Assembly: GCA_040954595.2 (NCBI GenBank)
Contig: CM082589.2
Location: 858,690 to 922,689 of the forward strand
Reading direction: 5' to 3'
DNA: 64,000 nt
Source of the DNA: Balanoglossus misakiensis
Taxonomy: Eukaryota > Animalia > Hemichordata
The notes under the pieces are model-generated. The model searched no databases. It saw nothing but the letters and a program-made list of their open reading frames with translations, and was not told the origin of the DNA. A program made the position numbers and the translations under genes. Below, piece by piece: positions 38,301-51,100 of this stretch; position 1 is the first letter of the stretch, and each line of letters starts with the position of its first letter.

Positions 38301-41300
38301 CCACTATATACTGTGTTAATTAAGGAGGTCGCTCCCGCTTTCATCACTATGGTTGCAGGCGTTATGAAGAGCCAAGACAGCACATCATAAATGGACGATA
38401 CAGGCAGAACAAATTAAGGGCCATCTATAAAGGCAGAGGACACTTAAAACGCACAGGTCATTGAAACTCCGAGAAGCTATGCCACGTTAACTTAATGTAA
38501 GATACAGAGAAAGTGTCAGTTTTTTTAGAAGTACGTGATGAAAATAATGAAGTCATCCATGGATGATTACTTTCAACCAGGATCTGCTTTTATTACGCCA
38601 GTAACGAGAAGTAGACGCACTCGTTAGCAGTTTCATCTCGACTCCCACAAAATGAAATGCCTGCTCTAGAAAGTCTTCAAACGAACAGAATTGCCATCAT
38701 AGTCGTGGCGTAGATGTCTTTTTTATCTTTCCAATTTAATACAATGTGTAATAGAATGGATGTCGCGAAAATAATGAAATACCCATCCACGGAATATGAC
38801 GCAGTCAACCATTTCTATGGTTACGGTGACAATCCATTTGTGATGAATTCTGCGCTGCCAGAGAGCCAAAGGGAAAACTTAGTCATTTTTTTCTATTTCA
38901 AGTTAGATAATATTTATTTAGCAATACTTTCAAAACCTGCCGATTCAGCAGACAATTTAATTTACGATGATTATTATACACCTCCAGTCTCCTGTTGTAA
39001 ACTGCAGACTTCTGTCGACCAATACGTTTCCTTACCCAGCGTACAATACGTATGCAAATGATATGCAAATGATACTTATTCCCTTCTTTGATCACAGCGA
39101 CGAACTGACAACCCATCGATACTGTTACCGAATGCGAGACTCAAACGTCCACACAACCACAGTCACTCAACTCCTCTACTCATAAATTTTACAATCTTAA
39201 AATCCATGTCAAATGGTTGCACGAAGAACATTACTCTCTTTCTTTCCACTCAGAGTACAAAACGTCTCCGAGTCAACAAGCGAACTAAGAAATTGGTCTA
39301 TTGCGTTGAAACAGCTGTCGACAAAATTGACATAGCAAGCGACGAATAGTAATTGCATAGTTTGCAATTTGCCCGAACAAATCTGCGGCATTGGGTTTGC
39401 ATTACGTGTACATTTTGCCTCCTGACGGAATATCTGCTTTCAGTTGAGTAAGTGACGTGTTTAAATTAAAGATACCAATTTCTTACTTTCTCAATTGAGA
39501 AGTCGATTTAGACGGCCAAAATGACCAACCTACGTCCTTTCAAATTTGGACTGATTGTGGGTGGGCGAAGAGAACTCAATTGAATGAAGCAATACAACAT
39601 ACAAGTAATCATAGAAGCGATGAAATATGTTATCTCAGGCAAATGACATAGCTGACAAAGGGTTAACGCAATTGTAGCGGAGATAAAAAGATTTCTTTAT
39701 CAAATCTCGTTTGTTTAAATTGTTCAATATTCTTTCAATTTTCGACTGACTGTTGTTCTTCAGCCATTACTAGTGCGATAAATAACTGTCATGGAGTATA
39801 AGTGGCAAGGCCAAGTGATTACAACAGAAAGCTAGGCCGTTGTGCTCTTCACTTAGCGAGCAATTGTCGTCCTTTGTCAATGAAATATTGATATCTAAGA
39901 AATCGCAATTTGGAGATGGTCCCTTTTAGCAGACAGTGAATGCATGGCCAGACGTACTAGTTAGCGAGACGTTGGATTCCTTCTTGTCCAATTCGATCCG
40001 TAGCCGTCCACTCAAAAAAGATCGATACCACTCAGCTTGTAGCAGTACATAAAGTATTATCGCCACATTCATGACAACAAAAGATGTAAGAGAACTCGAC
40101 ATATCCATTTACAAAATATACTATACAAAATATACCATCATTTTATAAAGATGCACCGCGGCGTTTTAATAGTGTGAGAAAAATCAAACCTGATGAACAC
40201 GATGAATAATCGACTCGAACGACAGTGAAATAAATGAGATTTTTTGCATTCGGTGAAAGTTTGATTATTCTATTCTCATCCTCTGTCTGGCTGACTGGCT
40301 GGCTGTAGCATGTACTTGTGTACGTACGTCACACTGAACATCATATCACTGATGTAAACTAGTATATTACAGACATCACAACTGTGATATCAGCGTAATT
40401 GTACGAAAACCACGTCGTCTAGATCAAATTATGCTACATTGGCACGAATCTGATTATAGTCAAGTTGTTATTGAACACGGCAGAACGAAGAAAACGTGAT
40501 ACTGATCTCCGCATGGAAGAATGAAATTTGTCACCACGTGGAAGACATGAGATGATCATTTACACCTTTCGTTTAATAAAGGTGGATCTAAATTGTAGTT
40601 TGTATCATTGACTGTAAGAATGCAAGTAAATGAGGATTCCCAGGCTACAGAGCCAACTTTGAAAACTGCATTGAAATAATGTAATAGACCCGATGCCACT
40701 GTTCGCTATTCTTTGCGTTTAATCAAATTTGAGGTATTCAATTTACCCGCAATTGGTCAGTCATTTGCTGATCCGTCTTTTAATCGTAATTTTCTTATCA
40801 AAGGATGACTTGTCAATCAGCGGTCATTCTCTTCTCAATTGCTCGGAAATGGGATATATTTACTTACCTAGGTTGTCTTTGACAATTGTGTAGGCAAAGG
40901 TCATCCTATTTTCAAAGATATCTATGCACCGTTCATTAAGAGATTCTCCTTGTAAACCGATTGGGGTCTGGAACCTGGTCTGTGTCATCAATTGGTTCGG
41001 GTGATTCTGTTTTGGTGAATCAGCGGACACCGTAGGAATTGGCTTTACCTGAAATATTGTGAAATGATAACAGTAAAAGTTACTGAAGGGTGATATTTTA
41101 ACTTGAATGCCAACGCGGGGAAAACTTGAACTCTCTATATATTCAGTGTTCACACCATGCACATTGGATCAACATCAGTTTCTAGATTGACCCCCTACAG
41201 CTTCACGACATGCCCAGTAAGTTATCATTAAAGCCTATATGCGCACAGTTAGCAGTGTTAATGCTGAAACTTGCATTTACATCCGGACCTGTCAACACTA

Positions 41301-44300
41301 ACAATGGTTGTCCGAGTCCCACTGTAATGACAAGCGGAATACTGGCTATTTTATCATATTGTAGAGAATCTATCAAGCGTCTAAATTGTACAAAGAACAA
41401 AACTAACAGACAACTAGCCGGTGAACCGTTATAGCTACTGTCGCGTAATCAAACTACCGGTTCATTACATCAAAGATGTATTAGCCAGTACTGAGCACAT
41501 CTCAGGAAGCAGAAGATAGATAATATGTCAAAAGCGAGTGACACTCTGCCAGGGCCTCATCAAATAACATGAGACTGAAAAATAAACTCAAATGAATGGT
41601 GACCTGCAAATCTTAACCCTTGAGATAGATGGAGACAATGTAATCATTCTCGCTGTGTCGATTGTACATTAGTCTGTCTTCAGCACAAACAGGGTTATCA
41701 TATTCAGAATGATTGACAGCTCTGATGTCCCCGATGTCATATTCAAATGATGATTTATGGCATTTGTCTTTGAACGGAACCAGTAGCAACCAATAGCTTG
41801 GGCCGGCGACCGAAACAGCGCACCCAACGCGCAGATGGCTTTATACAACATTGAAAACGTTAGATCCTTACTCATAGGTAGCACCGCCAACGTTCATTTT
41901 AAAGTGTCTTCATTGGACATATCTAGGAAACTCGTGTAATTCTTCTGCACTTTTCACATTTTGCCAAATTGTGTACAAGTCAAGTTTAGGGGTTCATTCA
42001 TGTATTCTCTGAGAGGGCGATATTTCCTGGTAGGAAAAATGAGCCAATGAAATTGGTAACTGACTGCAACATTGGCGAGAAAAGAACCTGGACAAATGAG
42101 TTCCTATCCGATTTCAGCCGATGGGTGACAAGTTTCAAAATGAATGTTGCAGAAGTTGGTACACGTTGTTCCATGTGCCTACAATGGCTAACTGTTCGAA
42201 CGCAATGGTTAGCTATGGTTGGCCGGTTTAATCCTAGACACTCGAAACAAAAGGTTTTGATGGGTCAGTTCGTGGATGGACTACCTGTTGGAAGAATAGA
42301 CTGATTTGTGTAACTGTGGGACTGAAAGACTGGCGCGGATACAGCTGTGATATGGAGAATGGGTCGAGGGAATTTCACGGATGGCTGGAGAAGATGGCGA
42401 CCAGGAGAGCGAGGCATCGCGATCGGGGTTGGAGCAGTGGGCGGAAAAGGGTAATTGAGAACTGTGGAATTTTGCAACAAAATGTGAGTTATTCAGAACT
42501 CATCGAGATTTAGGCACAAAATGTTGGTCAACAGGCTTTTAGGACATAGCTGTATTTGTTTATTCCATCTAAGTTTACCTTTGTTTATTTTGTCTGTGTT
42601 TGCTTTGCACAGTGTTGTGGAACGTTAGTGCAGTCGAATAGAATTATAAAATCGTATAACTCCCTAAGCCAACGATGACTTTGCTACGCACGTGCGTGGT
42701 ATACATGGCTACACAAAACCCATGCATAGGAACCACACTCGATTGACATACCCCGGAGTCACACCATGCATTTTGTTTGTATTCCACCTAAGTAGAAATT
42801 CAGTTTACCGTTACTGATAATCTAAACATTGCGATTAAACCTCGGGTAAATTAAGAAGTGGGGAGCTACCGGGCAATATCCATGTGTTCCCTTCAAGGAA
42901 AACTAACCACGAGGGCTGAAGTCGCGGCCGGCTCTCGACTTCAAGATTACACTGATCCTGTTGAATTATTTCTGGCATTCGTTATCATAAATCAAGACTA
43001 ATTCAATTAAAGTCTCCCTCCTTAAAGTGGACTCCGTTGACAGACGCAATACATTTACAGATCAGGTTGCAATATGTTTGCATTTAGTTTAGATTCAGTA
43101 GATTTAGCATTCAGTCGACCTTGTAGGACTTTTCTTTGGACGGGCTCATCTGCATATTTGTCAGCTGCATGCGCGCACACCCTTTTGAGATTGCAGAGCA
43201 TCGAGGCCACGTGATTGGGAAACATTTTTGATAATTGTGCGAAGAACAGTGTAAAGAATTTCCCGGTTCCAAGGTGCATTCGCCGTTACGTCATAGACAC
43301 ACTTGTAAATTGTTTTGCGATTCGATCAAATACGACCACCTGTATGAAACACTTTATTTTTGTTGATACAAGAATATATATAAAGAGTTGTCCTAAACAT
43401 TCTAAGATTAAAACTAGGGGAAAACATTATGACTTACATATGCACGCCTCGGGTTTTTTACCATATTTCGGCTACCAGTCAATTTTCTGATGTCTTCAGA
43501 GTCGTCGGCCATGATTTCAAGATGGCTGTCTTCTTACTGATGAAACAAATAGCAATAGAAAACTTACATTAGGTTTTTTTAATGAAGAAGACGAGAAACA
43601 TATCTAACTTTGTATGCGATGTTCAAACAGGTACAACTAGGTTACTTCAAGTCAGACATTTTTCTCTGTCCCTTGTCCATGGTCCCTGTCTCACCCTCTC
43701 TCTTTCTGTCCCTGAGCCACTTTCATTCAAAATTCATGGCTGTTTTTCGCGACCAGTCGTCAGGGTCTTCGAAGAGTAAACACTTGTAACGGCCCATTGT
43801 TGAGAATTTGCCATGCGAGTACACAGGCAATTCGCGTGCAGTATTTGCTCTGCAGAGATCACTGTACACCGCGCTGTTTTCAAGTCTTTAAAAAATAACA
43901 GTAGTCGACCTCAAGTGTATTTAGAAACAAACATTTGCCGTGGTTGTGTCTGTTGTTTCTTTGATCTGATCCACTTGCACTTGCATGGTGCCAGGCACCG
44001 TATCACCTTGTTCGCTTTGTCATTTCATTTATTCATGAGTGTCTGCTCTTGCTACCTTCACGTGCGTCCCTGCTGCAAATTTCGGACAAAGACAAAACGG
44101 ACATGACGAATGGGTGACCAAAACAACTCGAAGTCTGGCCAACAGGCAGAGGAGGAGACGGGAATCAAGCGGAAATGGAGTAAAATAGCCGTTTGGAGAA
44201 GTTTGAATGAAAAACGTAAACAGAATGGTTTCTAAGTAATGCCATGTGGACGGACACACATTGTGTCTAAGCAATTGGGCGAATAGGGGTGTCACGCAAA

Positions 44301-47300
44301 CACACAACGAAGGATGACTTCTTCTAATGGTATTGTTCAGTGGATTATCCCTCCCGTGCATCGCAACTCAAACTCTCTTAGTTGTTTTACACGTTCAATG
44401 AACACTTTCATACGGCCCCTGAGTTACATCAAAACACTTGCGGGTCGCCATTGTTAGTCGCCTAATACCTTGGGCAAACTTTTCAGATGCAGTCTTTCAG
44501 TCAACCCTTTCAAGTGCAAATTTCTGAACATTTTCAAGTCTTGAGTCCTCTTATCTCGTCCTTACATCTGCTCAGTCTGAAAATCGCCGCCTTGAAACCC
44601 GAACGCGCGATGCGTGGGCATGGCAACACATATCAAGATGTTCAAATGAACTACAGCCGCATTCGATCATTTACAGAGAAGAATCTCATGAAGTTTTAAA
44701 GCCTTTTCTTGTTTTCCAGAGTTAGTCGGCTTTTACGACTACATCAATGGGCGTCAAATTTTGGCAGCAAATGACTATAACAGTCGCCCCAATACAATGT
44801 CAGTACGGACACTTAAACTTGAACGGGTTATTACGCTTGGTCGGTTATGGCACTGGGGTAAAGAAAAAGACCCCGGATGATTGACAGGCCAATCAGGATC
44901 GTCTGGTATGACAAAGATCCAATCACAATGGTCGGAAGACATGGGGATATAACTAATTAGCATATTACTTGTTGCAAATGAATATTACATGAGCGCAAGT
45001 GGTGTGAGTAAGGCAATCAAAATCTTGAAATTGCTCATGGCAACGTGGGAATCTTATTTTCTAAACTGCTTTTGAGCAAACTATCTCTCGGGTACTGCAG
45101 GGTTCGTCCCAGACACCTGAGTGAAATAGATGATAAGTAACGTCTTTTAGACACACTGAAATACTTGGTGGGACATGCACAATTATCGACTAATTGTCTG
45201 TCACTGTGCACCGACTCTGCATGACGCAATATGCGCCCTGATTGGGTGCCAACCGGATGGTGTTCTCCCGCAGGACCAATCACTCGGCTTGTGGCATTTT
45301 GTCGTCAATTCATTATCAGTTGACTGTAATTCAACTTGATTACTGCGATCAACGCCCTGGCAATTCCAAGTAAGCCCTAGAGATGAGGTTAATTACCACC
45401 GTTGCTGGTGACTTCTTCAAACAACGCAGAGTACATGTATATATTAACTGATCAGACGTGAACTTTGTCAACAAATGTCTGGATCTGTTATCTCTACATT
45501 CTGGCGTTGCTGCATTTAAAGTTTAATTTCGCAGCTAATTCGAGTGTTGATCGTTTTATTGGACCTATTACCGATCCATGGATTTTGTCGAAACATGATT
45601 GATTGTGTTTGTCAATTTATTTCAAAAATCAGTCGTGTTTAAACGGTTTGTTGGCGAATGGTCTGGACATATTGACACACTGAATAATTCTTAACGATGT
45701 GTTGAAAAAAGTGATGGTCACCTTATGACTCTATTTTAAATCTGAATGGCAATCCAACATCTATTACAAATGTAGAGGCTATGCATGGACTAGCAACATG
45801 ATCTATAGATTACAGCACCACCAAAGAAGATACTCAAGGATTTTTTCGACAGCTTTACATTTTGGCAATATGTCTTGTAATATGCAATATGATGATTATT
45901 TTATATTATTCCAAATACCCCTAACACACAAAGCGCCCTCATCACTGAACACCAGAACTAAGACTGTTTCTTTGTATCTGCAACCACCAAAGTACAATTT
46001 CTGCGCAATCTAACAACTTCCGTCCACAATCACAGTTCGTAGTCTGGTCTGACCACACGAGAATAACCAGACCGTCTGCTCTACTTTGTGACGCATATTT
46101 CTCTAGCTTTGTTTGTTCCCAGGGAAAAACCTGGCAGGGCTGTTTTGTTGATCTAAATTGATTCGTATTGTCAGTTTATGTACGAATAGTTTCGCACAAT
46201 GCCGTCAAAATCGCAAAGAATTCACAATCCAGCCCGGAGGACCGAGCGCCGTCCAGGGACACGACGGAAAATGACCCTCTGTGTCAGCTTACGTATTGAT
46301 GGCTAGTTGCCAGCAGGCAACTGGCGCATCGTTTACACTTCAACCAAGAATAGACACTTGGTGAATTGTTCGCTGATAATCGCCCGTACCAAATTTGATA
46401 CGTTGCCAGTTACCACGCCAGTAGCGGAAAAATCCCCACCTTTCAATTTCTGTCACTGAAGAAATTCCCTGGGCGTTTACAGAGCTCTTATTTGAAGGAA
46501 CCGTCACTCGATGCCCATTAAAATGAGCCGGGATTGGCGGTTGGTGCCTGGCCGATATTGGCCTACCAGATGTTCCAGACATGTTGAAGACACGCGGAAA
46601 CTGGAATCGATCGCGCGCAGGTGCAGACTTTGCAAATGTCGTCCATCGCCAAAGATAACAGCTTTATCAAAGGTGCAGGTCACAATTATCAAAGAAATCA
46701 CAACAATATTAGCGTAACTTACACCGCGTTAAGTCACAAAGTTCAAAACATTCTACCCTTTGTGTGAGTGAGTGCCAGCCAGCTTCAGTGTCTGGCAGTC
46801 ACGTGACATCTCTTGTGAGAACAAACTCGTCGCTTGTCAGTCACGATAATCGAGATGTTGTAGGCCAATTGAAGATGTCACTTAACGTCACTTCTATAAT
46901 GAATAAATTCCTGACGGGTGGCGTTAGAGAGATCACACTGTATTAAATGGTCATTAAACAATATCCCACTTATCAGAAACACACCTAGGAATTCTTCGCG
47001 TTCCCCCGTTACCTAGGTGACGTTTTCATCGACGAAATATTACTGAGAGCGGCCAGAGTCTTGTTGTCCTCAAGGGACACGAAGTGTACACGGATATGAC
47101 GAAAACCCTGTCTCTCCGGCCAACTGGGCCAATTCAGGACCAAAATGTCTACTGTCCACGGGATTTTTTGTCGACGTATATATCGGGAGTCCGGCAATAT
47201 TCTCTGATCTGATTTGAAACTCGCATATCGTTGGAATCATGAGACACAGTCACGTGGTACGAAGCGGGGAGATGACAAAGGTACAGATAGGCGTGTGTTA

Positions 47301-48004
47301 CACGTGGACAGTTTGGTTTCCTGTTTATTGGAATACAGTTCTGATAGTTTGATCGGTTTGCTAAAGGCCAGCTCGCTTTTTCTTTGTGGTTTTCTCGGCG
47401 GGAGCGATGGAGGTTCCATTGGGACGGAATGACATATGAACCAGCATTGCTAGAGATCTTACATTCCACCAGGGTTTGCCCGCTTGTAATATGCACACTT
47501 GTATGCACAACCACCGTAGCGGTTTTATCCGTGACAGTGAACCAGAATGTTTGCACGTGTTATCAAAACATCGCCATTCACACGGAATTTGGAATCACTA
47601 TGGCAACACTAAAATGCGTGCCGCCATTCCATGTGTCGCGATGACGTAGTGATCAGACTTAAAGTGGTCGGTCCCTGGTCCAGTCAAATCACCTGTATCA
47701 GTCGAGGGAGGCGCTTGATTCATAGCACAGCCGGTTTGTATTGTTCCCGGTATGTGAAAGAGCAATTGTCAACTGCGAGAACTTTTGACAGCCGCTTTCA
47801 TAGCGTATTATTGTGGCGATTGAACAGAGAAACTCAGACTCGAACGGTTCGGTCATGTCTCTCAAATTTTGATATTTTTTTGATTGCGTGTGTCGTGGCA
47901 GCCGGGAAGAATCCCCAAGACCGGCGACTTGATCAAAAGGGAATCAAATTGGACACTAAATGTTAGCACCTGAATACTAGGTGGCCCCGGCACCACAAGT
48001 GAAG

Positions 48005-48101
48005 ATGGAGTTGTTCAGGTCCATACTACTTGTACATGTCATCTGGTTTTGTGAAATCACTCCATCAAGCACAAGATATCGCAGCACAAGCTCTTCAAGA
48101 G
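48005..48101 (+). CDS. RSPO: R-spondin coding exon 1 (signal peptide)
   Basis: AAGATGG Kozak context; MELFRSILLVHVIWFCEITPSSTRYRSTSSSR; strong phase-1 donor AGAG|GTAAGC. The G plus the AA at the start of exon 2 gives Glu in frame. The 97-nt length is like vertebrate RSPO first coding exons. Too short for the ORF track. Confidence 0.75.
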
Positions 48102-51100
48102 GTAAGCTATACTATTTTACCAAAGTCACGCAGAACTTGTGCTAATGCAGTTTGTAGTGTGTCTATTTTAAAATGATATAAGTGATAAAGACTAGTTTTA
48201 TCTTGTGGGGCGAACACAAAAACCACGCGCTGTGACTTAAGCCAATGTTTGAACATTTTCCCCAAATTTAAACATAGATTTACATCTGATGTCTCATACG
48301 TGTAATTTAGTCACGCACCGAGATATACAACCCAACTCTATTTATTTATATTTATTTATTTTCCTCACGAACTAAGTGGTCTTTCAATCGTTGCACCATT
48401 GTAAATAATTAAATTAAACTACAGTCTGTGTATAGATGTCTATCTTGGTCTTAAATCCCGTTGAACGCTCTTTCCTCGACGAGCAGTCGAATAAACCAGG
48501 GCGATCGAGGATTACATTTCTGGCTGGCTGGATTACAACTAAGCTAACTGTAGTGCAGGGTTTTTGAACCGCCAGATAAGACACTACAGCGGTGACAAGA
48601 TAAAAGGCTAACTGGTCAACGTTATTGATGTGTGTCTGTATGCCTCACGTCCGCCAGTTTTAACTTTTTTTTTTCTATTAACTCTTTTATCCTGTTCGGG
48701 GTATCTGGGACGGCGTGTGGTTCCACTCCGACTGCTCTGAATGAGCTTTCTGATTTGAAGTAATGTATCTTAAAGTGCGGGGATCAGACTTCGCGTGATT
48801 TAACGCGTCGACGTCTTCGACGCATACTCGGCGAGTTTGTCTCAGGCCAGTCGTCGTCCCGTGCGACCAATCCTCTTGATGTTCACTACAAGGCATACCA
48901 TCCCTTCTTGAAGTGGACAATCTCTACTTCTTTCTCTGTGCCTTTTCTTGTGCAGAAGTATCAATTCTCTAGTGTCCTTGGCAGGGAAAACAACATTCAG
49001 ATAACAAGCCTGTAGAGTGGCTGTCTGTGCCAGTAGCCAGGGGATTTGCCAAATTTATGCGAATAAGAAGCCCCGAAACAAACTGCATTCCACAGTCACT
49101 GACTGAAAGAAGGAGTTCTATTTTCTAGGTTCACTAAAAGATGTTTTGTTTTATTTTTGTTAGTGCTCACCCAGTTACTTTCTTTTGGATAATTAGTTTT
49201 TCTTTCGTCTTAATTGAAACTGCCGTTTGAATGCGATTCTATTCAGAGATGATCATCCCCACACAACGCTTGTTTAGATTCTAGCGATTAGGCTGTTGCT
49301 CTTGCCCTCTGATTATTTACTGGACACTGTGGATTGCTGGCGTTCATTCTACCGCCACTCTACACAGAACTTAAGCCGTTCTCTGTGACTCGACGTGTTC
49401 ACAATAGCCGCATAAAGTATTGGACAAAAGCAACACAGCCGAGATACTTAGTGAAATGCCCACCACAGTTGAGAACAACTCCGAGATGTTTTTGGAAGTA
49501 ATTGGAGGGTAAACATTTTAAAACCCAGAGATTTGCTCCAAATATGTAGGAAATGTAACAAATTGCAGAGTCAATATTAACCCTCAAATGTCAGAAATTC
49601 CGACAAACAAAAGGAAGCGACAGAAGACGAGAGACACTACCACGACCAAACATAGACACTTCAGTGTCTATGGCATGTGTCTTTTTTTCTATCACTTGTG
49701 AGTTGAATCGCGTCGCTTGGAACAAAACAAGACTCATTAATTTTCAGTGATTCATGGCTCTATCTAACGGACAAATTACACTCTGAATTGATTTACACAC
49801 TTTCTCGTTCACCTCTGTGCACAAGGGGGGCTAAGTCTCTGTCCCACGATAGAACGTCCACGCTTTGAAGTTCGCGTACTGCACTGATCATCCGGGCGCG
49901 TCAATTCCAAAACGCTGGTCTCCGGTTTGGTAAAGAGTTCAATAATTTTCTTCAGCTGTACTTCATTTTAGAGTCAATCTTTGTGTTGCACTGGGAAATA
50001 GGTGTTTTACTCTAGTAAAGTATGAAGAAATTCGTCAACAGTTTGAGTTTTCATTTAACCAGATCTTTCCACTATTGTTTGAATACGACCAGACAACCGC
50101 GAAGAAAATTCAAGTCGTTAAAACGGCCAACAGACAAAGAGATCCAAAAGAAGGAAGGTGTTCACATGGTCCTGTGGAAATAGTAAACAAAACCAATAGC
50201 CTGGAAGTGCCTTTACAACACAAATATAACGTACTTTTGTAGACTTTATGGCCCTCTGTTTGCCAATTACAAATTTTATGTCCGAGTAAACTTTTCAGTC
50301 CCACACATGCATTAGCAACAGATCGTGGCGATGATGTGTGGGTGATTAAATAACGTTGACAGCCACAATCCAAAACTAACTCTGCACTACAGACAAAAAG
50401 TCAACCTGAAAAGACTGCTTATTACCCTTGTGAATAATATTGAGTTAAGAATTTCCGAACCGGCTGCGTGACATTTGGGAATACTGTGTTACGGACAGCT
50501 CACCCGACGATTTCAAACCATTCAGGTTTCCACGAGCCACAGTAACGCCATTTTTCTGGTTTAATTATCAATAATTTGGTTTCCATAGGCTCAATATGTG
50601 GATATGCGACATATTCGCTGGGTTTCCAAGACAAATCTGGTATTATAAGCCTCCAGTGCCCGAAATCCCTTTGTCTTTACAACCCTTTGTTCAAATGAGT
50701 AACAATTGAATTCATTTCGATGGGATCATGATTCCTTTCCAACACACACCGCCAGCCTTGTTTACACGATAGAGTTTTATCCAATGGAGACGTGGGTGGT
50801 AGAGTTTTAGTTGTCGTTTTTGGGGGGGGAGGTTGTTTAATTTACGCAGGCTAAAAGTTTGTTCTTTGTTCTGCGCAGAGCAGGAGAACTGTCGACCGAA
50901 AACTAATCGGGCTGCCCCTAATAGTCTTTCAAGTTAGTTATTCTGACTTAAATGGTTTATTTACCATTTCATTAAGCACTGCTTGTTTTAACAATTTCGC
51001 CGGACATCTGTCGGTGTATAGTATACCTTTTAACAAAGTCAAAACTCATCAACCCCAAGGGCAACACTCACAGAAAAGAAAAACCACTTTACAACCTGTA

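Noticed and set aside
38714-39061. 115-aa ORF downstream of a TATA-like CTATAAAG near 38425
   Set aside because: No recognisable domain or family; cannot be supported without expression data.
39209-40108. Two minus-strand short ORFs both containing KKESNV
   Set aside because: No further alignable similarity or splice structure; most likely coincidence.
43986-44190. RQRRRRESS segment as an alternative R-spondin first exon
   Set aside because: In-frame TGA after the only nearby ATG and no good donor; 48005-48101 fits far better.
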